Assembly: GCA_045602905.1 (NCBI GenBank)
Contig: JAZSCL010000047.1
Span: 17,519-81,518, forward strand
DNA length: 64,000 bases
From: Acutalibacteraceae bacterium
GTDB taxonomy: Bacteria > Bacillota > Clostridia > Oscillospirales > Acutalibacteraceae
Direction: 5' to 3'
Positions 37,422-47,658 of the stretch are shown in pieces. The position numbers and the translations under genes were made by a program. Under the pieces are notes generated by a model. It did not search any database and was not told the origin of the DNA. It was given only the letters and a program-made list of their open reading frames with translations. Position 1 is the first letter of the stretch; every line of letters starts with the position of its first letter.

Positions 37422-38776
37422 AAGCCATGACATTCAAAGAGGCTGCAGCTGCGGTAAAATCAACAACCGTTCTTAACGGTAAATTTGACTGCATCAGCAC
37501 CGATACAAGAAAAATAGAGAAGAACAGTCTTTTTATAGCCATAAAAGGCGAGAATTTTGACGGTCATTCCTTTGCGGAAAAAGCGATTGAATGCGGAGCA
37601 AGTGCGGTGCTTTGCGAACGAGACTGCAGGCTTGGCGAAAAGCAGATTCTTGTTGAAAACACCCGTCTTGCACTCCTTGACCTTGCTGGATATTACCGCA
37701 GTCTTTTCAATATCCCCGTTATCGGAATAACGGGAAGCGTGGGAAAAACAACAACCAAGGAAATGACCCATGCGGTTATGTCTTCAAAATACAACACATT
37801 AAAAAACGAGGGTAACCTCAACAACGAAATCGGCGTGCCGCTTACTTTGTTCAGACTCGAAAACAGCCATGAAGCGGCGGTTATCGAAATGGGTATGAGC
37901 GATTTCGGCGAAATTTCACGCATAACAAGGGCAGTTAAGCCTGATGCGGCGATAATTTCAAACATAGGAGTTTCTCATATTGAGCATCTCGGCTCAAGAG
38001 AAGGAATACTTCGTGCAAAGCTTGAAATTCTTGAGGGAATGAAAGCGGATGCACCCGTAATTCTTAACGGCGACGATGATATGCTTGTTACCGTAAGACC
38101 CGGTTCACATCCCGTTATTTATTACGGCATAGAAAATGATAAATCAAGCTTTAAGGCATCAGAAATAACCTCCAAAGAAGATGAAACCGGACTGACAGTC
38201 GGTTTCAGCGGCGGGTCGGGCAGGGTAAACCTGCCTTTCCCGGGCCGCCACAACATCTACAACGCACTGGCGGCAGTTGCCGCAGGCTCACTTTTCGGAA
38301 TAGAAGTTCAGGACGGACTGGATGCGCTGAAAAACTATGTGCCTGCAGGTATGCGTCAGAGAATCAACAGAAAATGCGGCATAACATTTATTGAGGATTG
38401 CTACAATGCAAGTCCCGATTCTCAGGCAGCGGCTCTTGCTGTGCTTGCAGGTATGAATGCTGAAAGAAAAATTGCCGTTATCGGGGATATGCTGGAACTC
38501 GGTTCAGTGAGTGAAGAAGCTCATTACGGGGTTGGCAAAAAAGCAGGTGAAAATTCAATCGATGTTGTTTTTACCTACGGCGAGCGTTCGCTTCAGACGG
38601 CAAAGGGCGCAAAGGATTCGGGCGTTAAACTTGTAAAAAGTTTCAATGATAAAAATGAGCTTGCTCAGGAGCTTAAATTATTCCTTAAGGAAGGCGATGC
38701 GGCTCTCTTCAAAGCAAGCAGGGGTATGAAGCTGGAGGATGTTATTTATTCCGTTTACGAATCATTAGAGAAATAA
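37418..38776 (+). CDS. murF: UDP-MurNAc-pentapeptide synthetase
   Basis: ITGSVGKTTTKE, NNEIGVP, EMGM, DCYNASP, GDMLELG, KASRG motifs. Confidence 0.96.
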   Translation: MKAMTFKEAAAAVKSTTVLNGKFDCISTDTRKIEKNSLFIAIKGENFDGHSFAEKAIECGASAVLCERDCRLGEKQILVENTRLALLDLAGYYRSLFNIPVIGITGSVGKTTTKEMTHAVMSSKYNTLKNEGNLNNEIGVPLTLFRLENSHEAAVIEMGMSDFGEISRITRAVKPDAAIISNIGVSHIEHLGSREGILRAKLEILEGMKADAPVILNGDDDMLVTVRPGSHPVIYYGIENDKSSFKASEITSKEDETGLTVGFSGGSGRVNLPFPGRHNIYNALAAVAAGSLFGIEVQDGLDALKNYVPAGMRQRINRKCGITFIEDCYNASPDSQAAALAVLAGMNAERKIAVIGDMLELGSVSEEAHYGVGKKAGENSIDVVFTYGERSLQTAKGAKDSGVKLVKSFNDKNELAQELKLFLKEGDAALFKASRGMKLEDVIYSVYESLEK

Positions 38777-38790
38777 AGGAGATTTCGTAT

Positions 38791-39828
38791 ATGAACACCG
38801 CCGCTGCATTAATTATCGCATCGGTTGCCGCATTTGCAGTAACCGCACTTCTGGGCTTTGTTATGATTCCATGGCTTCGTAAGCTTAAATTCGGGCAGAC
38901 TATTCTTGATATCGGTCCGAAATGGCATATGACGAAGCAGGGAACTCCCACTATGGGCGGCTTGATGTTCATAATCGGCACACTTTCAGCCATACTTTTA
39001 ACTGTTATAACCGATAAGCTTATGGGCGGAGATATTGTTGCTTCCGGAAGTCTTGTTCCGCAGGAGATGTATACAAAGCTTTGGAGCGGAATACTGATGG
39101 CTGTCGCATTCGGTTTTATCGGATTTGTTGACGATTATATCAAAGCGGTCAAACACAGAAATCTCGGACTGACAATAAAGCAGAAAACCGCCTTGCAGCT
39201 TGCGGTGTGCGTAACTTATCTGCTGAGTCTTTATATGGGAATGCAGGGTAATCCTTATATGTTCATTCCTTTTGTCGGCATGATTGAAGTCGGCTTTTTT
39301 CACTGGATATTCGGAATTATTGTTATTTATGCCTGCGTTAATGCAGTCAATTTTACGGATGGGATTGACGGTTTATGCGGCAGCGTTACCGTGACGGCGG
39401 CGGTATCAATCGGAGTTATCGCCGCCCTCAGGGGTTTTTTCGGGTTTTCAATGGCGGCTGCGGCGCTTGCGGGTGCCTGCACGGGATTTGTTCTCTGGAA
39501 CAAAAATCCCGCAAAAGTTTTTATGGGTGACACGGGCTCAATGTTCCTCGGCGGGATGGTTGTTGCTCTTTCGTATGCAATCGGCTGTCCGCTGATATTG
39601 CTGCTCGTCGGATTTGTTTATGTTATTGAGGGTCTGTCCGATGTTATTCAGATTGTATATTACAGAGTTACGGGCGGCAAACGCATTTTTAAGATGGCGC
39701 CCATTCATCATCACTTTGAAATGAACGGCTGGAGTGAAAAGAAAATCACTCTGGTCTTTACTGCGGTGAATGCTCTCGGAGGAGCAACTGCAACAGCCGT
39801 TATGTATTACGGCGGATATATATTTTAA
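38791..39828 (+). CDS. mraY: Phospho-MurNAc-pentapeptide translocase
   Basis: KQGTPTMGG, DDY, NAVNFTDGIDGL, FMGDTGS, APIHHHFE motifs. Confidence 0.96.
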   Translation: MNTAAALIIASVAAFAVTALLGFVMIPWLRKLKFGQTILDIGPKWHMTKQGTPTMGGLMFIIGTLSAILLTVITDKLMGGDIVASGSLVPQEMYTKLWSGILMAVAFGFIGFVDDYIKAVKHRNLGLTIKQKTALQLAVCVTYLLSLYMGMQGNPYMFIPFVGMIEVGFFHWIFGIIVIYACVNAVNFTDGIDGLCGSVTVTAAVSIGVIAALRGFFGFSMAAAALAGACTGFVLWNKNPAKVFMGDTGSMFLGGMVVALSYAIGCPLILLLVGFVYVIEGLSDVIQIVYYRVTGGKRIFKMAPIHHHFEMNGWSEKKITLVFTAVNALGGATATAVMYYGGYIF

Positions 39829-41093
39829 TGAAAGGGGAGGACGTATTGAAAGAAAGAATATTTGCCTATTTCGGGTTTGTTAATCTGATAAAGGACATTG
39901 CTTCGGGCAAAAGAAAATTCAGAGATTTGTTTTCAAACGGACCCTTGGATATAACTTTTCTTGCTCTCGTTATCGCACTTCTTACAACAGGAATTGTGAT
40001 GATGTTTTCTGCAAGCTATATCAATGCATGGTATGATTCAAGCTATCCCGTTGATAATGACCCTTATTATTATGTTAAAAATCAGGTGTTGTTTGCGGTT
40101 GTCGGTGTTGTGATTATGATATGTCTATCGTTTATCCGAACCGATGTATACAGGGATTTTTCGGGATTTATAACCGTTGTTTCATTGCTTATGTTGGTAT
40201 ATGTTCTGATAAATCCGTATGAAATTCCGGGCAAAGAACAGTTCAGACGCTGGATGGAAATTCCGGTTGTAGGCTCGTTCCAGCCGTCGGAGATTGCTAA
40301 ACTTGCGCTGATAATGTTCCTTTCCTTCAGCATGGAGCGCAACCGTAAAAAAGTTGAACAAAAAGCAAGCTCGATTTGGTTTTATATTGCGGTAATCGGA
40401 TTATTCTGCGGACTTGTTGCTCTTGAAAATCATGTTTCGGGAACAATCCTTATGCTCGGAATCGGCGTTGCAACCGTTTATTTTGGCGGAATTAAAATCC
40501 CGAAATGGGTTTATATCGCCGCAGTGGTGTTGGTTATCGGCGGAGTTCTTGTGTTCATATTCAAAGCGGATGACATTCTTAAGGGCTATGCATCAGAGAG
40601 AATCCGCATATGGCTCAAGCTTCTTACCGGCGAAGAACTGACCAAAGATGAAACAAGAGGTTCGGGCTGGCAGAGTCTCCAGTCGCTTTATGCAATAGGC
40701 TCAGGCGGATTATTCGGTCTCGGCTTCGGCAACTCAAAGCAGAAGCATATGTATCTTCCCGAACCGCAGAATGACTTCGTTTTTGCGGTTGTGTGTGAAG
40801 AACTCGGCTTTGTGAGAGCTTTTCTCATAATTCTGCTCTTTATACTTTTGGTTGCAAGAGGATTCGTTATCGGTCTTCGTGCAAGAAGCAGATTTGAAGC
40901 AATGCTTGCAATGGGCATCAGTTTTCAGGTTGGTCTTCAGGCGGCGCTCAACATTGCAGTTGTTACTTCAACAGTACCCAACACAGGTATCAGCCTTCCG
41001 TTTTTCAGCTACGGCGGAACATCGCTTGTTATGCTTCTTGCGGAAATGGGAATGGTGCTTGCAGTTTCAAGAAACAGTGAAAGGAAAAAATAA
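39828..41093 (+). CDS. ftsW: SEDS peptidoglycan polymerase FtsW/SpoVE
   Basis: RW, FQPSEIAK, GGLFGLG, LPEPQNDF, EELG, PNTGISLPFFSYGG motifs. Alternative TTG start at 39846. Confidence 0.9.
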   Translation: MKGEDVLKERIFAYFGFVNLIKDIASGKRKFRDLFSNGPLDITFLALVIALLTTGIVMMFSASYINAWYDSSYPVDNDPYYYVKNQVLFAVVGVVIMICLSFIRTDVYRDFSGFITVVSLLMLVYVLINPYEIPGKEQFRRWMEIPVVGSFQPSEIAKLALIMFLSFSMERNRKKVEQKASSIWFYIAVIGLFCGLVALENHVSGTILMLGIGVATVYFGGIKIPKWVYIAAVVLVIGGVLVFIFKADDILKGYASERIRIWLKLLTGEELTKDETRGSGWQSLQSLYAIGSGGLFGLGFGNSKQKHMYLPEPQNDFVFAVVCEELGFVRAFLIILLFILLVARGFVIGLRARSRFEAMLAMGISFQVGLQAALNIAVVTSTVPNTGISLPFFSYGGTSLVMLLAEMGMVLAVSRNSERKK

Positions 41094-41095
41094 AA

Positions 41096-42217
41096 ATGCT
41101 TGAAAATAAGAGAATACTCATAGCAGCAGGCGGTACGGGCGGACACATCAATCCCGCTCTCGGTACTGCAGGTTACATAAAAGAAAAAAATCCTTCTGCG
41201 GAAATCGTGTTTGTAGGTACTGCGGATAAAATGGAAGCAAAGCTTGTTCCTCAGGCAGGATACGAACTCAGAACGATTGAAATCAGCGGATTTTGGAGAA
41301 GCTTTTCTCTTGAAGCAATCAAACATAACATCGGAACGGTTATCAAGCTTCTCAAAAGTTCATCAAGAGTCAAGAAAATCATCAGGGATTTCAAGCCCGA
41401 CCTTGTAATCGGTTTTGGCGGATATGTAAGCGGACCTGTTCTTCGTATGGCGGCAAAGATGGGAATTCCCACCGCTATTCATGAGCAGAATGCTTTCCCC
41501 GGCGTAACAAATAAAGCGCTTGCAGGAAAGGTTGACAGAGTTATGTTAACCGCAAAGCAAGCCGAAAAATATATGAAACCCAAAAATCCCTGTGTTATAA
41601 CCGGTCTGCCCATAAGAGGAGATATTCTTAAATCTGATGCGGATTTTGCAAGGGCAGAGCTTAATCTCGGTAATAAACCACTCATTCTTTCAATGGGCGG
41701 CAGTCTTGGTGCAAAACCCGTCAACGATGCAATGCTTGGTCTTATTCTCAATAAATATAAGGATAATGACTGTGTATTCCTTCATGCAACGGGTAAGGGT
41801 GGCGAATGGTTTATCAAAAAGCTTGAGGAAAACGGTGTTGACCTTGCCGCAAATCCTCATATCAGAGTTTGTGAATACATCGATATTCCTAAATGTTTGC
41901 CTGCGGCTGACCTCGTTATCTGCCGTTCGGGCGCAAGCACATTGAGCGAGCTTCAGGCGTTGGGTAAGCCTTCGGTGCTTATTCCTTCACCCTATGTAAC
42001 AGAAAATCACCAGTTCCATAACGCAATGGCACTCGTCAATAACGGCGCTGCGGAAATTCTTGAAGAAAAAGATCTGACTCCCGACAGCCTTACCGAAAGA
42101 GTAAACATTCTTCTTTCAGACAGACAGAATCTTGACAGAATCGGCAAAAATGCAAAGCAGATGGCTGTTATTGATGCAACAGACAGAATTTATAAAACTC
42201 TTTGTGAAATAGTTTGA
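41096..42217 (+). CDS. murG: Undecaprenyl-PP-MurNAc-pentapeptide GlcNAc transferase
   Basis: GGTGGHI, GGYVSGP, HEQN, GGSLGA, RSGAST, HQFHNA motifs. Confidence 0.96.
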   Translation: MLENKRILIAAGGTGGHINPALGTAGYIKEKNPSAEIVFVGTADKMEAKLVPQAGYELRTIEISGFWRSFSLEAIKHNIGTVIKLLKSSSRVKKIIRDFKPDLVIGFGGYVSGPVLRMAAKMGIPTAIHEQNAFPGVTNKALAGKVDRVMLTAKQAEKYMKPKNPCVITGLPIRGDILKSDADFARAELNLGNKPLILSMGGSLGAKPVNDAMLGLILNKYKDNDCVFLHATGKGGEWFIKKLEENGVDLAANPHIRVCEYIDIPKCLPAADLVICRSGASTLSELQALGKPSVLIPSPYVTENHQFHNAMALVNNGAAEILEEKDLTPDSLTERVNILLSDRQNLDRIGKNAKQMAVIDATDRIYKTLCEIV

Positions 42218-42280
42218 TTCACACAATTCCATGCTCCGGAATATTATGGATTAGAGTAGTTCCGGCAAGGGAGTGTGGAT

Positions 42281-43537
42281 ATGAAAAGATTAATCATAGA
42301 CGGCGGAATACCACTCGGCGGAAAAATCGATTTGCAGGGTTCAAAAAACAGTGCACTGCCTGTTCTGGCAGCGACTGCTGCAGTTGACGGAATAAGCGTG
42401 ATACATAACTGTCCTGATTTAAGTGATGTTTCGGCGGCTGTGAAAATACTTGAACATATCGGCTGCAAAGTCAGAAGAGAAGGTCATACCGTTATTGTTG
42501 ATGCAAGATGTGTAACAGGTTGTGAAATTCCCGAAAAGCAGATGCGAGAAATGCGTTCATCGATTGTTTTTCTCGGTTCGCTGCTTGCCCGTTTCGGAAA
42601 AGCAACGGTAACTCCGCCGGGAGGATGCGAAATCGGTCTGCGCCCAATCGATCTGCATCTGAATGCTTTTCGAAGCATGGGAATTTCGATATCCGGATGC
42701 GGTAATATTCTTCTCTGTGAAGCAAAAAATAAAATCAAAGGCAGACATATAACCCTTGCATTTCCGAGCGTAGGGGCAACGGAGAATATCATTCTTACAG
42801 CTCTTTCCGCTGAGGGAGAAACCGTTATAATCAACGCTGCCCGTGAACCCGAAATAATCGACCTTGCAGATTTTCTTTGTTCGTGCGGTGCAAAAATAAT
42901 CGGAGCAGGGCAAAGCGTTATCCGAATAAAGGGTAAAGAAAAGTTGAACAGTGCGGAGCACAGAATCATTCCTGACAGAATTGTTGCATCAACATATATG
43001 GCTGCAGCTGCAGTAACGGGAGGGAATATAACCGTGAGCGGTGCTGTGCGTGAGCATCTTGCTCCTGTAATTCCTGTTTTTGAGTCTGCAGGCTGTAAAA
43101 CCGTATTTTGCGGAAAAGAAATGAAGATAATTGCTCCAAAAAGAATCAGCAGAGTAAGATCTCTGCGGACGATGCCTTATCCCGGATTTCCGACGGATTC
43201 TCAGGCGATTGTTATGGCGATGCTTGCAACGGCAGACGGAACAAGCATCATAACGGAAAAAATATTCGAAAACAGATTCAGACATGTTCCCGAACTCATC
43301 AAAATGGGTGCAGATATAAGGGTTGAAGACGGCTGCATTGCCGTTGTTGACGGAGTTGAAAGATTACACGGCGCAAGGGTTTCCGCAACGGATTTACGCG
43401 GAGGATGTGCCTTGGTAATGGCGGCACTCGGAGCAGAGGGTGTAACGGAAATAGATAAGATTTATCATGTTGACAGAGGCTGTGAAGCAATTGAAAAAAG
43501 CTTGTCACAGCTGGGTGCAAGAATAAAAAGAGAATGA
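42281..43537 (+). CDS. murA: UDP-GlcNAc 1-carboxyvinyltransferase
   Basis: GSKNSALP, PGGCEIGLRPIDLH (Cys retained), SVGATEN, PDRI, YPGFPTD, DLRGG motifs. Confidence 0.95.
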   Translation: MKRLIIDGGIPLGGKIDLQGSKNSALPVLAATAAVDGISVIHNCPDLSDVSAAVKILEHIGCKVRREGHTVIVDARCVTGCEIPEKQMREMRSSIVFLGSLLARFGKATVTPPGGCEIGLRPIDLHLNAFRSMGISISGCGNILLCEAKNKIKGRHITLAFPSVGATENIILTALSAEGETVIINAAREPEIIDLADFLCSCGAKIIGAGQSVIRIKGKEKLNSAEHRIIPDRIVASTYMAAAAVTGGNITVSGAVREHLAPVIPVFESAGCKTVFCGKEMKIIAPKRISRVRSLRTMPYPGFPTDSQAIVMAMLATADGTSIITEKIFENRFRHVPELIKMGADIRVEDGCIAVVDGVERLHGARVSATDLRGGCALVMAALGAEGVTEIDKIYHVDRGCEAIEKSLSQLGARIKRE

Positions 43538-43562
43538 ATACAGAGGATTGGCAGGAGTGAAA

Positions 43563-44519
43563 ATGGACAGAGAAACAAACGGTCAGAGAAGGCTGACTCC
43601 CGAGGAAAGAGCAATAAGAAACAGAAGGCTGAAAAGGAAGAAAATGTTCAGACTTTCAATTGTTATTGCCGCATTTGTTCTTCTGATTTCAATTATAATC
43701 AGTCCGATAATTATATTTGCAGTGCTTAGGGTGAAAAATTTCAGCGTTGAAGGTGCATCGTTATACACAAATGAACAGATCGTAGCCGCAAGCGGAATAG
43801 AATACGGTAAAAGTCTTGTTTTTGCTGACCTCGACGAAGCGGAACAGATGATTGAAAAAACGCTTCCTTATGCAACCGAAGTAAAGCTTACCAAAAAGCT
43901 TCCCAACGGAATTGTGATAAGACTTACGGAAACATCAGCTTCATATGCCGTTGAGATGGGCAGCGGAATGTATGCTCTCACAAACGGCGATATGAAAGTT
44001 CTTGAGCTTTCAGGGGAGATACCCGCGGGAGTAACACTCGTAACGGGTGCGATTCCCCTCAAAGCCGAGGCGGGATATGAGCTTGAATTTACCGTTGAAA
44101 CCGAAGAACAGTCCGACAGAACCCTTGAGCTTCTTAAGATAATTTCAAAAGCAATCAAATCAGTCGGAGTTGAAGATATTGACCTTATTGATGTTTCTTC
44201 AAGGTCTGATATCCATATGATTTTCCAGGAAAGAATAGTTATACGGCTCGGCGACAGTGTTGAGCTGGAAAAACGTCTCAGTCTTGCATTGAGAGCAATA
44301 AAAGAAGAGAAAAAGCTTAATCGTATGCAATCGGGAATTGTAACGTCAACAATTCTCGGACAGGCATACTGTAACCCTGCGGATGAGGAGGATATTGAGG
44401 AGCTTGTCAAGTATAAAGAAAAATATGCGTCTCTCAAAGCTGAAAATATTCCGCCAGAGGATGAAAACGGTGATGAAATAACCGAAAATCCCGAAGAAGA
44501 TAAAGAAAATGAAGAGTAA
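43563..44519 (+). CDS. ftsQ: FtsQ/DivIB-like protein (POTRA domain)
   Basis: Basic N-terminus, TM, V-x-G-x-x-Y POTRA start, LPY-...-KLPN motif. Directly upstream of ftsZ. Confidence 0.8.
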   Translation: MDRETNGQRRLTPEERAIRNRRLKRKKMFRLSIVIAAFVLLISIIISPIIIFAVLRVKNFSVEGASLYTNEQIVAASGIEYGKSLVFADLDEAEQMIEKTLPYATEVKLTKKLPNGIVIRLTETSASYAVEMGSGMYALTNGDMKVLELSGEIPAGVTLVTGAIPLKAEAGYELEFTVETEEQSDRTLELLKIISKAIKSVGVEDIDLIDVSSRSDIHMIFQERIVIRLGDSVELEKRLSLALRAIKEEKKLNRMQSGIVTSTILGQAYCNPADEEDIEELVKYKEKYASLKAENIPPEDENGDEITENPEEDKENEE

Positions 44520-44661
44520 TTATATATAAATTGTAAAAAAACCTGTAAAAATAATATAAATTTCAAAAATCTTCTTGTTTTTTTAATAAATACATGGTAT
44601 TATAATTCTGTTTAATACTAAGAAAATTAGGAAAAATAAATTCCATAGGGGGTAAAACCAA

Positions 44662-45924
44662 ATGGCATTCGCAATTGACAATGATTTCGAAAGTGCAGTA
44701 CAGATAAAGGTTATCGGTGTTGGCGGCGGTGGCGGAAATGCTGTTAACAGAATGATTACTCAGGGTGTTCTCGGTGCTGAGTTCATCGCAGTAAACACAG
44801 ATAAGCAGGTTCTTGTTCATTCAAAGGCAACCCATAAGATTCAGATTGGCGAAAAGTCAACTCACGGTCAGGGTGCAGGCGGTAAGCCTGAAGTTGGCGC
44901 AAAGGCAGCTGAAGAAAGCAAAGACACAATCGCTGATGCTCTTAAGGGCACAGATATGGTATTCATCACAACCGGTATGGGCGGCGGCACAGGAACAGGC
45001 GCAGCTCCCATCATTGCTCAGACAGCTAAGGATCTCGGCTGTCTCACAATCGGCGTTGTAACAAAACCCTTCAAGTTTGAAGGTAAGAGAAGAATGGCAC
45101 TTGCTCAGGAAGGCATTGCAAAGCTTGCAGAGCATGTTGACAGCCTTATCGTTATTCCCAATGACAGACTTCGTGCACTTGACGACAGAAAGAAGACAAT
45201 CGCTGAAGCATTTGCAGAGGCAGATGAAGTTCTTCTTCAGGGTGTTAAGAGCATTTCAGAGCTTATTAAAGTTCCCGGTTTCATCAACCTTGACTTTGCT
45301 GACGTAACAAGCGTTATGAAGGATGCAGGCTATGCTCACATGGGCGTTGGCAGAGCAAAAGGCAAGGACAAGGCAGAAACAGCAGCAAACGCAGCAGTTT
45401 CCAGTCCTCTTCTTGAAACATCAATCGCAGGCGCAAAGGGCGTTATCATCAGCATCACAGCATCTGACGATGTTGACCTTGAAGATGTTGAAAATGCAGC
45501 AGAAATCATTACATCCAAAGCTCACGAAGAAGCAAATATCACATGGGGTATTGCATTCGATCCCGACCTTGACGATGAAATGGTTATCACAGTTATCGCA
45601 ACAGGCTTTGATTCAAAGTCTCAGGAACCCGAAAAGCCCGCAGTTGCAGCTAATCCCTTCCTTGCAGCAGTAAGCAAGCCTGCAGCAGCTCCTGCTCCCG
45701 CAGCAGCACCCGCAGCACCCGCTGCACCTGTTGCTCCTCCTGCAGCTCCCGTTGCTCCCGCAGCACCCGCAGGTGCTCCCAGCATTCCTCATTTCGGCTC
45801 AAACAACAGCTCAAATGATATCTCGAGCACCTCAACTCCTACCAAGGAAACAAAGGACGGCTTTGAGGATGACCAGTTCTACATCATGATTAACGACATA
45901 ATCAAGGGTAAGGACGGCAAATAA
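44662..45924 (+). CDS. ftsZ: Cell division protein FtsZ
   Basis: [40 protein letters not shown] motifs. Pro/Ala-rich linker. Confidence 0.98.
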   Translation: MAFAIDNDFESAVQIKVIGVGGGGGNAVNRMITQGVLGAEFIAVNTDKQVLVHSKATHKIQIGEKSTHGQGAGGKPEVGAKAAEESKDTIADALKGTDMVFITTGMGGGTGTGAAPIIAQTAKDLGCLTIGVVTKPFKFEGKRRMALAQEGIAKLAEHVDSLIVIPNDRLRALDDRKKTIAEAFAEADEVLLQGVKSISELIKVPGFINLDFADVTSVMKDAGYAHMGVGRAKGKDKAETAANAAVSSPLLETSIAGAKGVIISITASDDVDLEDVENAAEIITSKAHEEANITWGIAFDPDLDDEMVITVIATGFDSKSQEPEKPAVAANPFLAAVSKPAAAPAPAAAPAAPAAPVAPPAAPVAPAAPAGAPSIPHFGSNNSSNDISSTSTPTKETKDGFEDDQFYIMINDIIKGKDGK

Positions 45925-45933
45925 GATATAATC

Positions 45934-45964
45934 AAGACCTGCATCGGTTGATGCAGGTCTTTTT
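45934..45964 (+). terminator. ftsZ terminator
   Basis: AAGACCTGCATC-GGTT-GATGCAGGTCTT-TTT. Confidence 0.85.
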
Positions 45965-45974
45965 GCGTATAATA

Positions 45975-46004
45975 AAACCGTCAGTTCAAAGCGAGCTGAC
46001 GGTT
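45975..46004 (-). terminator. Permease terminator
   Basis: Minus strand AACCGTCAGCTC-GCTTT-GAACTGACGGTT-TT. Confidence 0.75.
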
Positions 46005-46014
46005 AATTTTATGT

Positions 46015-47388
46015 TTATTTCCAGATAACCCAGAGAAGGACATAGCCTGTGGTAACAGCTGCAAGGGTGAAGGGAACACCGTATTTCATAAAGGTTGTTG
46101 CCTTTACTTCATAACCCTCCTTGCGGAGAATACCGATACCTGTGATGTTTGCGCTTGCACCGATGGGTGTGAGATTGCCGCCGAGGGTTGCACCGCAAAG
46201 CAGACCGTAGTAAAGAAGCTTGGGTTCAATTCCCAGATCCAATGCGATAACGGGAACAATTGAAAGCATTGTTGCCGTGTAAGGGATGTTATCGATGAAT
46301 GCAGAAAGGATAACCGACATCCATACGATGATTGTGAACACTGCGAAAACAGAACCCGAACCGAGGCTTGCAATTGCTTTGCCGAGAACATCGATAACAC
46401 CTGCGCTCTTAACACCGCCGATAACAACGAAAAGACCTGTGAGAAGAACGATTGTGTAATAGTCGATTTCCTTGAATGCATTCTTAACGATTTCGGTATT
46501 CTTCTTGAAAAGAAGTTCACGGATAACGCCGATAAGGAAGAATGCAATGCAGATTATACCGTTTGTGATATCGGGCTTATAAAACTGACCTTCTGCCGCT
46601 GCATCTTTATAAGGAATAAACGAAACAGCAATAAGAGCAACAACAGTGCCGACGAGCAGGAATGTGGGAAATTTATCCTCAACCTTTGTGCGGCTGTCAA
46701 AGCTGATTTTGGTGTTTTCTTTGCGGAACATAAAAAGAATAATGAATGCACTGACTATTGCACCTGCCTGAACGACCCAGAACATACCGGGTTTTCCGCT
46801 GTCAACAAAAAAGTCAGAGAAGTCAAGGTTAGCTTGCTTTGCAAGAAGGATTGATGTTGTGTCGCCGACAAGAGTTGCCGCACCCTGAAGATTTGAAGAA
46901 ACCGCAATGCAGATAATCGAGGAAACGGGGGAAACATCAAGCTTTTTGCAGAAAGCCAATGCAACGGGTGCAATCATAAGAACGGTTGCAACGTTATCAA
47001 CGAATGCGGAAACAATGCCTGCGAAAAGTGACATTGCAACAATTGCCCACTTCATATTCGGCATTCTCGAAATAAGAATATCGGACATCAGCTGAGGCAT
47101 CTTTGATTCGATGAACAGATAAACAGTACCCATTGTACCTGTAATCATCATGATAACATTCCAGTCGATTTCGCTGAGTGCCTGAGAAAATCCGTAGGAA
47201 TATGTACCGCCGTCGATGGTGAAAAAGTTTTCTCCGAAGAGAGAAGGGTTAACAACCGATATGATGCCGAGAACAACAAAAATTATTGCCGAGGCAACGG
47301 TGACATGGGGTCTGATTTTCTGGAATGCCAACATAAGAACATATGTTACGGCAAAGATAACCAGAGCCGTGATGGTGATGGGACTCAT
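46015..47388 (-). CDS. ArsB/NhaD/SLC13 (ion transporter superfamily) permease
   Basis: SAFVDNVATV, SNLQGAATLVGD, SAFIDNIP, GGNLTPIGASAN repeats. AGGAG RBS before ATG 47388. Confidence 0.85.
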   Translation of the reverse strand: MSPITITALVIFAVTYVLMLAFQKIRPHVTVASAIIFVVLGIISVVNPSLFGENFFTIDGGTYSYGFSQALSEIDWNVIMMITGTMGTVYLFIESKMPQLMSDILISRMPNMKWAIVAMSLFAGIVSAFVDNVATVLMIAPVALAFCKKLDVSPVSSIICIAVSSNLQGAATLVGDTTSILLAKQANLDFSDFFVDSGKPGMFWVVQAGAIVSAFIILFMFRKENTKISFDSRTKVEDKFPTFLLVGTVVALIAVSFIPYKDAAAEGQFYKPDITNGIICIAFFLIGVIRELLFKKNTEIVKNAFKEIDYYTIVLLTGLFVVIGGVKSAGVIDVLGKAIASLGSGSVFAVFTIIVWMSVILSAFIDNIPYTATMLSIVPVIALDLGIEPKLLYYGLLCGATLGGNLTPIGASANITGIGILRKEGYEVKATTFMKYGVPFTLAAVTTGYVLLWVIWK

Positions 47389-47427
47389 AACTTCTTTCTC
47401 CTGTGGTTTATTTGGTGCTGTCTGAAT

Positions 47428-47578
47428 AAAAAAACAGAATCCGCAAAGAATACGGATTCTGTCAGAATTCGGATAGGACACAGGACAAATTATTCCCTGT
47501 GCTGAATCAAAATTACAGTTCATAACAAATAGAATAATAATTATTCTATGACAGACTCCACCACTTATTCTGAACTGC
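47428..47578 (-). promoter_or_regulatory. Structured 5' leader with intrinsic terminator and antiterminator (candidate riboswitch/attenuator)
   Basis: Leader terminator ACAGAAUCCGUA/UGCGGAUUCUGU-U6 lies upstream of the RBS. GUGGAGUCUGUCA pairs 12/13 with its 5' arm. Further stems are described in findings. Confidence 0.7.
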
Positions 47579-47585
47579 GTGCATA

Positions 47586-47614
47586 ATTATACATCAACAC
47601 AACTGCAATGTCAA
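47586..47614 (-). promoter_or_regulatory. Consensus SigA promoter of the permease leader
   Basis: TTGACA-N17-TATAAT. Confidence 0.85.
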
Positions 47615-47658
47615 CAATATTTGTGTAAATGTTACAAATTGATATGTTTTATCGATTA

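Noticed and set aside
42218-42250. SigE/SigK-like internal promoter before murA (ACA-N16-AATATTAT)
   Set aside because: The match is too degenerate to call from sequence alone.
47389-47523. 45-codon in-frame N-terminal extension of the permease in the ORF track (possible leader peptide)
   Set aside because: There is no RBS at 47523 and the ATG is buried in stem P1. The RBS-supported start is 47388, so the open frame is probably chance.
47540-47566. Fluoride (crcB) riboswitch resemblance of GUGGUGGAGUCUGUCAUA
   Set aside because: P1 would be nearly all wobble pairs, and the downstream pseudoknot partner (UGACUCC-like) is absent.
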